Below, one piece after another: positions 8,680 through 18,490 of a stretch of 64,000 bases of DNA. The position numbers and the translations under genes are program-made. How positions within the stretch are numbered: the first letter of the stretch is position 1; the number at the start of each line of letters is the position of its first letter. Below the pieces are notes generated by a model. That model was not told where the DNA came from and did no database searches. It worked only from the letters and a program-made list of their open reading frames with translations. The stretch is from a virus. The DNA is taken from the IMG/VR virus record IMGVR_UViG_3300028581_000013, one strand, 5' to 3'.

Positions 8680-10572
8680 ATGGCAGCTAACAATTCTACT
8701 ATAGTTCAAATCCGTAGAGGTACTACGGCACAGACAGCATCTTTTACTGGTGCTTTGGCCGAACTCACGGTTGATACAGACCAAAAAACAGTTGTTGTTC
8801 ATGATGGTGTAACTCTAGGTGGTACAACACTTGCAACTAAATCATTTGCTCAAGCGGCTTTTAATGCAGCCAATACTGCCACAGGTACAGTTGGTCAATT
8901 AGCATTTGATAAAGCCAATTCAGCCAATGTGTTAGCACAGGCATCATATAATTTTGCAAACACAATTGCTGCTGGTGCTATTTCTAATGTATCATTAACA
9001 TTTTCTAATACTGCTTCTGGTACAATACCAGCAGTTAACAGTTTAAAACCAGGTGAACCATCTATCAATCTAATTGATGGTAGAATGTTTATTCAATTAA
9101 ACAATGGTCAAATTATTGATATATCTTCTGCACCAACAGGTAACACTTGGCATGTGGCAATGAATGGTAACGATAACTTTAAAGGTGATACACCAAGTGC
9201 CGCTAAGGCAACCATTCGTGCAGCTGTAGCTCTGGCACAACCTGGTGATTCTGTTGTAGTTCATTCAGGAACATATACAGAAATTACACCAATTATTATT
9301 CCACAGAATGTTCAAGTACAAGGTTCTGGTGAAAGAACTTGTATTATTAAACCAACAACAACTTCTAATAATGTTTTCTATGTAAACAATAACAGTTATG
9401 TAACTGGTTTTAAATTTATAGAATATACTGGTGCCGCTGTTTCTTTTCCAACAACTACATTAGAAACAGGTACAGCACAAGCCGGTGGTGCAAATACAAT
9501 TACTTTAAATTCTGGCGCATCGACTTACACCGATCATTATAAGAGTATGAAAGTTACTATTACTGGTGGAACAGGATCAGGACAATCAGCCAATGTTTCT
9601 TCTTACAACGGCACAACAAAAGTTGCCACAGTAGATGCAAACTGGTCAACACAACCAAATAATACTTCTGTATATTCTTTAGGCATACCACTTAGAAATT
9701 CACCTGCAGCTGCAAGTTCTAGGTATACCACATACATTACTGGTAGTCCATACATTTATAATTGCTCGTCAATCACAACGACAGGAACAGGCATCAAAAT
9801 CGATGGAGATTTGGCGACAGGCAACAAGAGTATTATCTCTGCACAATTCACTCAGGTCAATTCTGGTGGTACGGGGATACATGTATTGAATGATGGTTAC
9901 ACACAGTTGGTTTCCATTTATGGTATTTTCTGTGATACGGCATTCTTAGCCGAATCAGGTGGTACTGCTTCAATGGGTAACTGTAACGTAAACTTTGGTA
10001 ACAAAGGTTTAGTTGCCAACGGTAAAGGTAAGTTGGCGATGACAGCTAATTTGTCAATGACTAGTGCTGAAGCAACTTTTACAATCGACCTAAATAATGT
10101 CGTAGCGAATAGTGCTTTGGGAATCACAGCAACTATTCCATACACAGGTTTGATTATGAAAATAGATGGAGATGCAGCTGAAAGTTATTATCCTGTTACT
10201 GAAGCAACAACATTAAGTGGTGGTAATACAACAGTAACATTCCAAAACTCAATTGCAAATTCATTCTCAAGTGGAACAGGTGTTAAATTTTATCAGCAAA
10301 GTCAATTGAGAGCATCCGGCCAGACTTTTGAATATGTTGGTGCTGGTACATCAATTAATGCTTTACCTAAGTTAGGTGGTATTGCTAACTCGGCTGCACA
10401 GATAATTGGAATTGATGAAGGTGCTGTGTTTGCTACTTCAACAGACCAAAGTGGTAATTTTGTTGTATCTGATTTAACGATTAATCAGTCAACATCTACG
10501 ATTTCAGGAAGAACCTTTTCGAAAAGTCTTTTTGCTGAAATGACTCCTTATATACTCGCTCTAGAAGGTTAA
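8680..10572 (+). CDS. Fibre/spike protein with Mtd N-terminal domain and beta-helix-like region
   Basis: VQIRRGT...FTGA.AELTVDT.....VHDG...GG (Mtd_N); V..NG.D...G....A.ATI.AA...GD.V.V..G.Y.E (pectin-lyase-like N-cap). Confidence 0.7.
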   Translation: MAANNSTIVQIRRGTTAQTASFTGALAELTVDTDQKTVVVHDGVTLGGTTLATKSFAQAAFNAANTATGTVGQLAFDKANSANVLAQASYNFANTIAAGAISNVSLTFSNTASGTIPAVNSLKPGEPSINLIDGRMFIQLNNGQIIDISSAPTGNTWHVAMNGNDNFKGDTPSAAKATIRAAVALAQPGDSVVVHSGTYTEITPIIIPQNVQVQGSGERTCIIKPTTTSNNVFYVNNNSYVTGFKFIEYTGAAVSFPTTTLETGTAQAGGANTITLNSGASTYTDHYKSMKVTITGGTGSGQSANVSSYNGTTKVATVDANWSTQPNNTSVYSLGIPLRNSPAAASSRYTTYITGSPYIYNCSSITTTGTGIKIDGDLATGNKSIISAQFTQVNSGGTGIHVLNDGYTQLVSIYGIFCDTAFLAESGGTASMGNCNVNFGNKGLVANGKGKLAMTANLSMTSAEATFTIDLNNVVANSALGITATIPYTGLIMKIDGDAAESYYPVTEATTLSGGNTTVTFQNSIANSFSSGTGVKFYQQSQLRASGQTFEYVGAGTSINALPKLGGIANSAAQIIGIDEGAVFATSTDQSGNFVVSDLTINQSTSTISGRTFSKSLFAEMTPYILALEG

Positions 10573-10576
10573 TAAA

Positions 10577-10918
10577 ATGGCAACACAAATTCCATTAAAT
10601 ACATTTAAAACAACAACAGCCAACGTTACAACGTCAACGACAACCGTATATACCACACCTGCTGGTGTAACAACTGTTGTTCTGTTGACACAAGTTTCAA
10701 ATATTGATCCTACTAATTCTGTAACTGTTTCGGCTAACCATGTTCGTAGTGGTAATTCAGTATCACTTATTAAAAATACAACCATACCTGTTAGTGATGC
10801 TGCAAGTCTGTTAACTGGTAAATTAATATTACAAACTGGAGATTCATTCTCAATTAGTGCTAGTGCAAACGACAGAGCACAATTGGTATTATCTTATCTC
10901 GAAACTGCTAACGCTTAA
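10577..10918 (+). CDS. Small beta-sandwich adaptor-like virion protein (paralog 1)
   Basis: TVYT.P...V.N...IP....L.L..GD...LSYLE; similar to 15176 and 32300. Confidence 0.65.
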   Translation: MATQIPLNTFKTTTANVTTSTTTVYTTPAGVTTVVLLTQVSNIDPTNSVTVSANHVRSGNSVSLIKNTTIPVSDAASLLTGKLILQTGDSFSISASANDRAQLVLSYLETANA

Positions 10919-10926
10919 TATAAAAC

Positions 10927-12006
10927 ATGTCGACCAAATCCAGATTAATTAGTGGCCGTGTACCTGTAACTAGTGCAGCTAACGTTGCAGCTAATAGATA
11001 TCAATACTTAGACCTAAGTTCTGCTGAGCCAAATCTTGGTACAGGTAATACTGGTGATGTATTAATTTATGATAGTACATTTCCAGGTGGTCGTAAGTGG
11101 ACTGCTCAAGCTGAAATTCGTGGATCAATTGGTGAAGCTGCATACTCAGAGGCAAACACTGCTTCAGCAAATACATTATATCTCTCTGGTGTTGATGTTG
11201 CACAGAACACCAGACTTACAGCCGTAGAAACTAATGCACAAGCAGCCTTTAATGCTGCCAATACAAAGTTGTCATCTTCAGGTGGTACAATCACTGGATC
11301 ATTAAATGTATCACAAGATTTAGCCGTTACAGGAAACTTGACTGTACTAGGTACAACAACAACAATCAATACAACTTCATTTACTGTTATCGATTCTTTA
11401 ATAACATTAGGAACAGGAAATTATACATCCGATTTATTAGACATTGGTATTAGTGGTCACTACAATGATGGCACCAATGCACACACAGGATTCATAAGAG
11501 ATCCTGACACAAAAGAATGGTATGTATTTAAAGGTTATACTCCTGAAATTACTGCAAATAACAATGTTAATATTAACCATGCTTCATTTGCTAAAGCTAA
11601 TGTTAATGCAGACTACTTTAAAGGTAATGTAGCATTCCCGGATGGTACCACACAAACAACAGCTGCAACAGGCATAGATTCGTATGCTAGAACAACAGCA
11701 AACACCGTTTCTGCAAACACCATTTATACTCAAGGTGTTGATGTTACACAGAATACAAATATTACCAACATAAATTCTTTAGCACAAGCTGCTTTCAACA
11801 GAGCAAACTCTGGTGCTCGAGCAACATCAAGTAACACAGCACCTACAGGTAATACTGTTGGTGATTTATGGTTAAGTTTAACAGATGAAACATTGTATAT
11901 GTATTCATATGATGGTGTAAGTAATAATTGGATTGATATTTCTGGACCAATACTGATATCGTCCAATATTCTTGTTCAATACACCATCACATCTAATGTA
12001 AGTTAA
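10927..12006 (+). CDS. Tail fibre protein
   Basis: AEPNLG motif, GNLTV.GT.TT...DIG..GHY.DG..HTGF.RD segment shared with 5706, C-terminal GDLW module. Confidence 0.7.
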   Translation: MSTKSRLISGRVPVTSAANVAANRYQYLDLSSAEPNLGTGNTGDVLIYDSTFPGGRKWTAQAEIRGSIGEAAYSEANTASANTLYLSGVDVAQNTRLTAVETNAQAAFNAANTKLSSSGGTITGSLNVSQDLAVTGNLTVLGTTTTINTTSFTVIDSLITLGTGNYTSDLLDIGISGHYNDGTNAHTGFIRDPDTKEWYVFKGYTPEITANNNVNINHASFAKANVNADYFKGNVAFPDGTTQTTAATGIDSYARTTANTVSANTIYTQGVDVTQNTNITNINSLAQAAFNRANSGARATSSNTAPTGNTVGDLWLSLTDETLYMYSYDGVSNNWIDISGPILISSNILVQYTITSNVS

Positions 12007-12015
12007 GGATTAGAA

Positions 12016-13419
12016 ATGCCATTAAATGAAACCTCGAACACTACGGTACAATTTACAGTAACTACAACCAACACAGCCGATGGTACCACATTGTATTGGA
12101 AGACCACGGGTAACACCACCAATTCGGATATTGTTGGCGGTAATACGGGTTCTATTACAGTTACAAATAATCGTGCTGTATGGAATGTAACAATTTCAGC
12201 GGATGATGCTACAGATGGAACTAAAACTTTAGGTATTCAAATTCTTACTGGCTCATTAGATGGTACACCAGTAGTAAATACCGCAAGCCCAATTGTAATT
12301 ACTGATACCTCTCAAACACCAGACTATGGTTATTTGTATACATGGGGTAATAACACATACGGAGTTTTAGGTACCGGAGGTGGGGGTGTTTTAAGTCCAG
12401 TTCAAGTTGGATCTCTAACAACTTGGATGAATATTTCTGCTGGTCACAATCATACTATATCAAAAAAATCTGATTATACTTTGTGGGCTTGGGGATTTAA
12501 CGGTAACGGACAATTGGGTAACAATAGTATAACTTCAGTAGGTAGTCCTATACAAATTGGAAGCGCTACGAATTGGAATAAAGTTTCAGCCGGATACAAT
12601 ACTTCATTTGCAATCAAAGACAACGGCACATTATGGGCTTGGGGTGATAATTCATATAGACAATCAGGTATAGGATATGGAGGACCTGGTTATTTTACCT
12701 ATGTACCAACACAAGTAGGATCATTAACAACTTGGGCAGAGGTTGTCGGTGGATATACTCACACATTAGCAGTTAAAAACGATGGTACCTTGTGGGTTTG
12801 GGGTACAAATGGAAATCCAAGTAATACTGGTGCTTTAGGATTAAATGAATCTAGCCCATATGTAATAACAGATAGTCCTGTGCAAAATGGATCATCAACA
12901 AATTGGTCAAAAGTTTCCGCTGGAACTCGAAATAGTGCAGCAATTAAAACTGATGGAACATTGTGGACTTGGGGAGCTCCAGGACTATCTCTTGGTCATA
13001 ACACTACATCTCATAGGTCCAGTCCAACACAAGTCGGAACAGGAACAAATTGGTCAAACGTTTCTATGAGTGGTGATAGAGCTCTAGCAATCAAAACCGA
13101 TGGAACACTATGGGCATGGGGAAATAATAATCGAGGCCAATTAGGTACAAATAACACAAATAATTATTCCAGTCCTGTTCAGATAGGAACCGATACAACT
13201 TGGCGTGAAGTTTTTTGTGGTAAAAATAATGAATTTACACTAGCAACTAAAACAAATGGTACATTATGGTCTTGGGGATTGGGCAATGCAGGTGGCGGCA
13301 CCAGTCCGTTAGGATTGGGTTCAACCACTAGTAGATCAAGTCCCGTTCAAGTCGGAACAGGAACAACTTGGTTGCGAGCCACATCCACTCTATATGCTGG
13401 CCTGGCTATATTAGGTTAA
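12016..13419 (+). CDS. RCC1/BLIP-II repeat beta-propeller with N-terminal Calx-beta-like domain
   Basis: About 7 repeats of AIK.DGTLW.WG.N..G.LG....SP.Q(V/I)G..T.W. Confidence 0.85.
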   Translation: MPLNETSNTTVQFTVTTTNTADGTTLYWKTTGNTTNSDIVGGNTGSITVTNNRAVWNVTISADDATDGTKTLGIQILTGSLDGTPVVNTASPIVITDTSQTPDYGYLYTWGNNTYGVLGTGGGGVLSPVQVGSLTTWMNISAGHNHTISKKSDYTLWAWGFNGNGQLGNNSITSVGSPIQIGSATNWNKVSAGYNTSFAIKDNGTLWAWGDNSYRQSGIGYGGPGYFTYVPTQVGSLTTWAEVVGGYTHTLAVKNDGTLWVWGTNGNPSNTGALGLNESSPYVITDSPVQNGSSTNWSKVSAGTRNSAAIKTDGTLWTWGAPGLSLGHNTTSHRSSPTQVGTGTNWSNVSMSGDRALAIKTDGTLWAWGNNNRGQLGTNNTNNYSSPVQIGTDTTWREVFCGKNNEFTLATKTNGTLWSWGLGNAGGGTSPLGLGSTTSRSSPVQVGTGTTWLRATSTLYAGLAILG

Positions 13420-13439
13420 ATAAAAAGGAGAAGTAAAAA

Positions 13440-13802
13440 ATGAGTCATTTTGCAAAAGTAGAAGATGGAACAGTAACGCAAGTTATTGTTATTGAGCAAG
13501 ATGTTTTAAACACCGGACATTGGGGTGACCCAGCATCTTGGGTGCAAACATCATACAACACACACGGTGGTGTTCACGCTAATGGTGGAACTCCATTAAG
13601 AAAGAACTTTGCTGGTATTGGTTACGCATACGATGCTGGTCGTGATGCATTTATTCCGCCAAAGCCATTCAATTCATGGGTATTGAATGAAGATACTTGT
13701 CTGTGGGATGCACCAACACCAATGCCTGTAGAAGAAGGTAAAATGTTTGTTTGGGATGAAGATACAACATCTTGGGTAGAATTTGTTCCACCAACAGAAT
13801 AA
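13440..13802 (+). CDS. Conserved phage protein found with fibre tip genes
   Basis: MSHFAK...V..VIV...W.QTSYN...RKNFAGIG..YD...DAF..P.P..SW pattern; AGGAG RBS. Confidence 0.7.
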   Translation: MSHFAKVEDGTVTQVIVIEQDVLNTGHWGDPASWVQTSYNTHGGVHANGGTPLRKNFAGIGYAYDAGRDAFIPPKPFNSWVLNEDTCLWDAPTPMPVEEGKMFVWDEDTTSWVEFVPPTE

Positions 13803-13827
13803 ATATAAGATAACCTAGGAATATTAC

Positions 13828-15165
13828 ATGGCATTTCCAACCTCACCGGCAAATAATCAAACCGCTCTAGTAAACGGCATTGTTTATCAATGGAATGCTG
13901 CGCTTGGTGCTTGGAAAAGAAACGGTTCAATTAACTCCGCTACTATCGGCCAATTAGTTTTATCTTCAGGACAAATCTCCACATCAAATGTATCAGGCAC
14001 GTTAATCGTTTCTGGTGGTGTAGGCATCACAGGTAATTTATATACAGGTGGCATTTATGTTACTGGTGCCAATGGTATTACATTCTCAGATGGTTCGGTA
14101 CAAACATCTGCTGGCGCTTCAGCGGCCACAGGTGCAGCTGCTTTTGATCAAGCTAATGCGGCCAATCAATATGCTAATTCAGCTTATGCTCAAGCTAATG
14201 CAGCCAACTCTTTAGCTGGTTCAGCTTACGGCCAAGCAAACGCAGCCTTTGCACAAGCTAATGCGGCCAATCAATATGCTAATTCGGCCTTTGCAAAAGC
14301 CAATACTGTAGCCAGTGATTTAGCAAACTTTAGTTCTTTGTTTGCTGGTATTGAAGTAACACAAAATACTAGAATTGGTAATGCAGAAACACAAACACAA
14401 GCCGCTTTTGATAAAGCAAACTCAGCCAATGTACTGGCACAGGCAGCTTTCAATACAGCCAATACAAAATTCTCATCATCTGGTGGTACAATTACTGGTG
14501 ATACAGTAGTAACAGGAAACTTAACAATTACTGGTGCCACCGTATATGCAAACACAGAAAACTTAACTGTCAAAGATAACATCATTACATTGAATTCAAA
14601 TGTAACTGGTGCACCTTCTTTAAGTGCTGGTATTGAAGTCAATCGTGGTTCTTCTACCAATACAAAACTATTATGGTCTGAAGCCAATACGGCTTGGGAA
14701 TTTACCAACAACGGAACAACTTACGAAAAGATTGCTGGACTAACATACGTTCAAGCAGCCTTTAATGCAGCTAACACTGCTGGTGGTGCTGATACATTTG
14801 CTAGACAAACAGCCAATGCTGCATTCACTCAAGCTAATACAGCAACAACATTAGCACAAGCAGCCTTTAATAAAGCAAACACATCTGATGCCGTATTAAC
14901 TTCTACTGTTGATACATTCACAGGTGATGGTTCAACTGTTGCATACACATTATCAACAACACCAGCAACTATTAACTATACAACGGCTGTGATTGGTGGT
15001 GTTACACAACCAAGGTCTGCTTACTCTGTTGTTGGAACAACACTTACATTTACCTCTGCACCAGCCAATACTCAGATTATAGAAGTAACAACAATTGGTA
15101 CATCCAATACCACACTATATACAGTTAATAATATTATTAGTCCATTCTTATTGATGGGCGCTTAA
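13828..15165 (+). CDS. Tail fibre/stalk protein
   Basis: N-terminal FPTSP..Q..NG..YQW module, AxxAN coiled coil, one FTGDG..Y.L domain, ends PFLLMGA. Confidence 0.7.
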   Translation: MAFPTSPANNQTALVNGIVYQWNAALGAWKRNGSINSATIGQLVLSSGQISTSNVSGTLIVSGGVGITGNLYTGGIYVTGANGITFSDGSVQTSAGASAATGAAAFDQANAANQYANSAYAQANAANSLAGSAYGQANAAFAQANAANQYANSAFAKANTVASDLANFSSLFAGIEVTQNTRIGNAETQTQAAFDKANSANVLAQAAFNTANTKFSSSGGTITGDTVVTGNLTITGATVYANTENLTVKDNIITLNSNVTGAPSLSAGIEVNRGSSTNTKLLWSEANTAWEFTNNGTTYEKIAGLTYVQAAFNAANTAGGADTFARQTANAAFTQANTATTLAQAAFNKANTSDAVLTSTVDTFTGDGSTVAYTLSTTPATINYTTAVIGGVTQPRSAYSVVGTTLTFTSAPANTQIIEVTTIGTSNTTLYTVNNIISPFLLMGA

Positions 15166-15175
15166 AGGAAATAAA

Positions 15176-15505
15176 ATGCCAATAACATATAAAGTTCTAG
15201 GACAAATTAACCCAACAGCACACACAGCAACAACTGTGTATACTGTGCCATCTCTTACAAGTACCATATTGAGTACTGTTACAGTATGTAATCAGGCAAA
15301 CACAGGTGCTACATTTAGATTGGCTGTTCGGCCATCTGGTGAAGCACTTGCAGCTAAACATTATATTAACTATGATACTCCCGTTCCAGGTAATGATACT
15401 GTTTCGTTAACACTCGGTATTACATTGGCTGCTACAGATGTTCTTACTGCCAATGCAAATACTTCTTTTGTAAGCATCAATGCATATGGTAGTGAGATTA
15501 GTTAA
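15176..15505 (+). CDS. Small beta-sandwich adaptor-like protein (paralog 2)
   Basis: YKVLGQ..P....TVYTVP...VCNQ...GITLA..DV...GSEI. Confidence 0.7.
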   Translation: MPITYKVLGQINPTAHTATTVYTVPSLTSTILSTVTVCNQANTGATFRLAVRPSGEALAAKHYINYDTPVPGNDTVSLTLGITLAATDVLTANANTSFVSINAYGSEIS

Positions 15506-17373
15506 TGGCAATTACAACAGCAAGCCAATCTCAGATAGGACAAGAAACAGCCAAGAATAGTCAGATTGTTACAACATCTGTCAGATTGGTAAATTCTGGT
15601 GCGTCTACAGGTCCTTCTATTTCATCTATTGTTGTAACTGATAGTGGTTATAATACTTTAGATGATACGGCTGCTGCAATCAGCAATTCATATATTCGTA
15701 TTCTTGGTAGTAATTTCACTTCAACAGCGAATGTGTTTCTTAATGGTACGATGATACCAACAGCCAATGTTACATTTGTAAATTCATCAGAATTGAGAGC
15801 TCAATTACCTGTTTCAAACACAGGAAACTATGCAGTATCGGTTTACAATTCAAATTCATCAGGTGCTTTATACTCTAGTTCATTTGTTATTTCAACCATG
15901 CCACAATGGTTAACATCAACAACTTTAGCTAATGTAACATCTAATATTGCATTTTCTAATACATTATCCGCAACATCAGATTCATCAGTTACATACTCGA
16001 ATACCACAATACTACCAACAGGCTTTAATTTATTGTCCAATGGATATTATTATGGTACCATAACATCAGCTAATACTTATTCATTTGGTGTTAAAGCTAC
16101 AGATGTTGAAAATCAAGATTCTACCAGAACATTTAATTTAACTGTCAGTGCTTTTTTACCTGTGCCGACATCGATTGACTATTTGTTAATAGCAGGTGGT
16201 GGTGCAGGCGGAGGTTCTGGAACTGGTGGTACAGTTGATGGTGCCGGTGGTGGCGCTGGCGGTTGGTTAGAAGGAACAATAACAGGAAGTGGATTGGCTT
16301 ATACTGTTACGATAGGTGCTGGTGGTGCTTCAGGTTCACAAAGAGGTGACAATTCGACTTTAGCTAATTCTTCTATAACACGACTCACTTATGGTGGAGG
16401 TATGGGTGGCGGTGCAGGATCATCACAACCTTATTCTTATAATGGCCAAGATGGAGGTTCAGGTGGTGGCGGAGGAATACACAGCGGCGTAACAAATGTA
16501 GGAAATTCCATACAAACAAGTAATAATGGCGGAACTGGATATGGAAATGCTGGAGGCGCAAACCAAACCGGAGCTCCATATACTGGAGGTGGTGGTGGTG
16601 GAGCTGGAGCAGTAGGTGTTTCTGGAACTAGCGGAGGTGCTGGCGGTGCTGGAAAACAATGGTTAGATGGAACTTATTATGCTGGTGGTGGAGGTACAGG
16701 ATCTAACAGCTATGGAGCCGTTAACGGTCTTGGTGGCACCGGTGGTGGTGGCACAGGAGGCACTAGTGCTGGTTCAACAAATACTGGAGGAGGCGGTGGT
16801 GGTAGAATGTTTGCCGGTGGATCTGGTGTTTGTATATTCAGGTATCCTGATTCATTTGCACTTGCAACTTCAACAACTGGATCACCAACAGTAACAACTT
16901 CTGGTGGATACAGATATTATAAATTTACTTCTTCTGGAGCAATTACGTTTTTGCAATCATATAGATATTTTAGAGTAACATTAAATTCAGTAAATGGTGG
17001 CGGCTCGCAAGCTCAATTAACAGAATTATCATTTAGAGATAGTGCTGGAAATTATATCACACAAACATTATCTTCTCCTGTAGCTCCTAGTGCTGGATCA
17101 TTAACAAATCTGAATAATCAAAATGCTACAGCGCTGGACGATACTAATATGAATCCTCTGCCATTTGTAGTTGATTACGATATGGGATCTGAAAAATATG
17201 TAGGTACTGATGTAAAATTTTTACGAATAGGTAGTTCAGATGATTCTACCCGATATGTAAGTAATATAACAGTTAGTGCAAGTAATGATAATTTGAATTT
17301 TACAGAAATAATTAGTGGTACTCCGCCTAGTTATGCTGGTATAAGAGTGCTACAAAATTGGGCAATAGCTTAA
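15505..17373 (+). CDS. IPT/Ig plus glycine-rich tip protein with C-terminal discoidin-like domain
   Basis: IPT-like ILGSNF...ELRAQLP, DYLLIAGGG..GG, YAGGGG and GGSG.CIFRYP motifs. Confidence 0.7.
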   Translation: MAITTASQSQIGQETAKNSQIVTTSVRLVNSGASTGPSISSIVVTDSGYNTLDDTAAAISNSYIRILGSNFTSTANVFLNGTMIPTANVTFVNSSELRAQLPVSNTGNYAVSVYNSNSSGALYSSSFVISTMPQWLTSTTLANVTSNIAFSNTLSATSDSSVTYSNTTILPTGFNLLSNGYYYGTITSANTYSFGVKATDVENQDSTRTFNLTVSAFLPVPTSIDYLLIAGGGAGGGSGTGGTVDGAGGGAGGWLEGTITGSGLAYTVTIGAGGASGSQRGDNSTLANSSITRLTYGGGMGGGAGSSQPYSYNGQDGGSGGGGGIHSGVTNVGNSIQTSNNGGTGYGNAGGANQTGAPYTGGGGGGAGAVGVSGTSGGAGGAGKQWLDGTYYAGGGGTGSNSYGAVNGLGGTGGGGTGGTSAGSTNTGGGGGGRMFAGGSGVCIFRYPDSFALATSTTGSPTVTTSGGYRYYKFTSSGAITFLQSYRYFRVTLNSVNGGGSQAQLTELSFRDSAGNYITQTLSSPVAPSAGSLTNLNNQNATALDDTNMNPLPFVVDYDMGSEKYVGTDVKFLRIGSSDDSTRYVSNITVSASNDNLNFTEIISGTPPSYAGIRVLQNWAIA

Positions 17374-17416
17374 TTACAAAACAAATAAATAAACAATAAG
17401 AATAAAAGGTTTGTAA

Positions 17417-18481
17417 ATGCCAATATTAAAAATACTACCAGATGCAATCAGTAACACAGCAAGTTTTGTGTTTGGTAATGTTACTACCACTTCGATTACT
17501 GCTAATGGTGTGGATCTTGGTACAGCCGTTGCAGAAGCTTTTGTGTTGGCCAATACTGCAACCAATAATATTACAATTATTCAAGGTGTAAACACAGCAC
17601 AAAATACACGTATGTCAATCATCGAGGGTGTTGATACCACACAGAATACAAATATCACCATACTACAAGGTGTAGACACAACTCAAAACACCAATATAAC
17701 TGCTGCTGATACGAAAGCACAAGCTGCATTTAATAAAGCCAACGATGCTTACACTTTAGCCAATACAGCAAATGCAGCCGCAGGTTCAGGTGGTGCAGGT
17801 GGTGGTAGTTTAACTTCATTCACTGCAACAGTAGATACATTTACAGGTAATGGTAGTCAAACACAATTTACATTGTCTGCTGTGCCTGATTCTGAAGATA
17901 ACACATTTGTATTTTTAAATGGTGTCTATCAAGAAAAAGGCACATATTCTATCGCTGCTGCAAATGTTATTCTTACAGGCGTAGCAACAGCCAATGATAC
18001 AATAGAAGTGACCACAGTTGCTGGTAGTATTATGAATGTAAGCCCTACTGCTTACTCAACACGAATTTATCAAGGTAACGGATCAACCAACACATTTACA
18101 ATTTCAGTTGGACACACCGCAAATACAGTCATGGTGTTTAACAATGGTGTGTGTCAATTCCCTGGTGATGATTATACAGTAAGTGGTACAACATTAACCT
18201 ATGTGTTAACTCCACAATCAGATGAAACCATACAGATTCGTGAGATGCCAACTAATAAGTTGGTGCCATTAACACAACCTGTAATGCGTAGATACACAGC
18301 AAATGGTGCACAAACCTTATTTACTGTAACAGCAGGTCAAACAGCCAACTCAATGTTTGTATATGAAAACGGTATCTGTCAAGTGCCTGTATCAGATTAC
18401 ACAGTAAGTGGAGTAACATTAACATTTGTAACCGCACCAGTAGCCAATGTGGTCGTTCAAATTAGAGAGATGTCAATCTAA
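17417..18481 (+). CDS. Fibre hub-like protein with three tandem F.GNG..F.L domains
   Basis: Three GVxxxQNT repeats, then three ~63-aa repeats (GNG...F...NG.(C/Y)Q...Y.(V/I)...). Confidence 0.7.
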   Translation: MPILKILPDAISNTASFVFGNVTTTSITANGVDLGTAVAEAFVLANTATNNITIIQGVNTAQNTRMSIIEGVDTTQNTNITILQGVDTTQNTNITAADTKAQAAFNKANDAYTLANTANAAAGSGGAGGGSLTSFTATVDTFTGNGSQTQFTLSAVPDSEDNTFVFLNGVYQEKGTYSIAAANVILTGVATANDTIEVTTVAGSIMNVSPTAYSTRIYQGNGSTNTFTISVGHTANTVMVFNNGVCQFPGDDYTVSGTTLTYVLTPQSDETIQIREMPTNKLVPLTQPVMRRYTANGAQTLFTVTAGQTANSMFVYENGICQVPVSDYTVSGVTLTFVTAPVANVVVQIREMSI

Positions 18482-18490
18482 GGATAAAAA

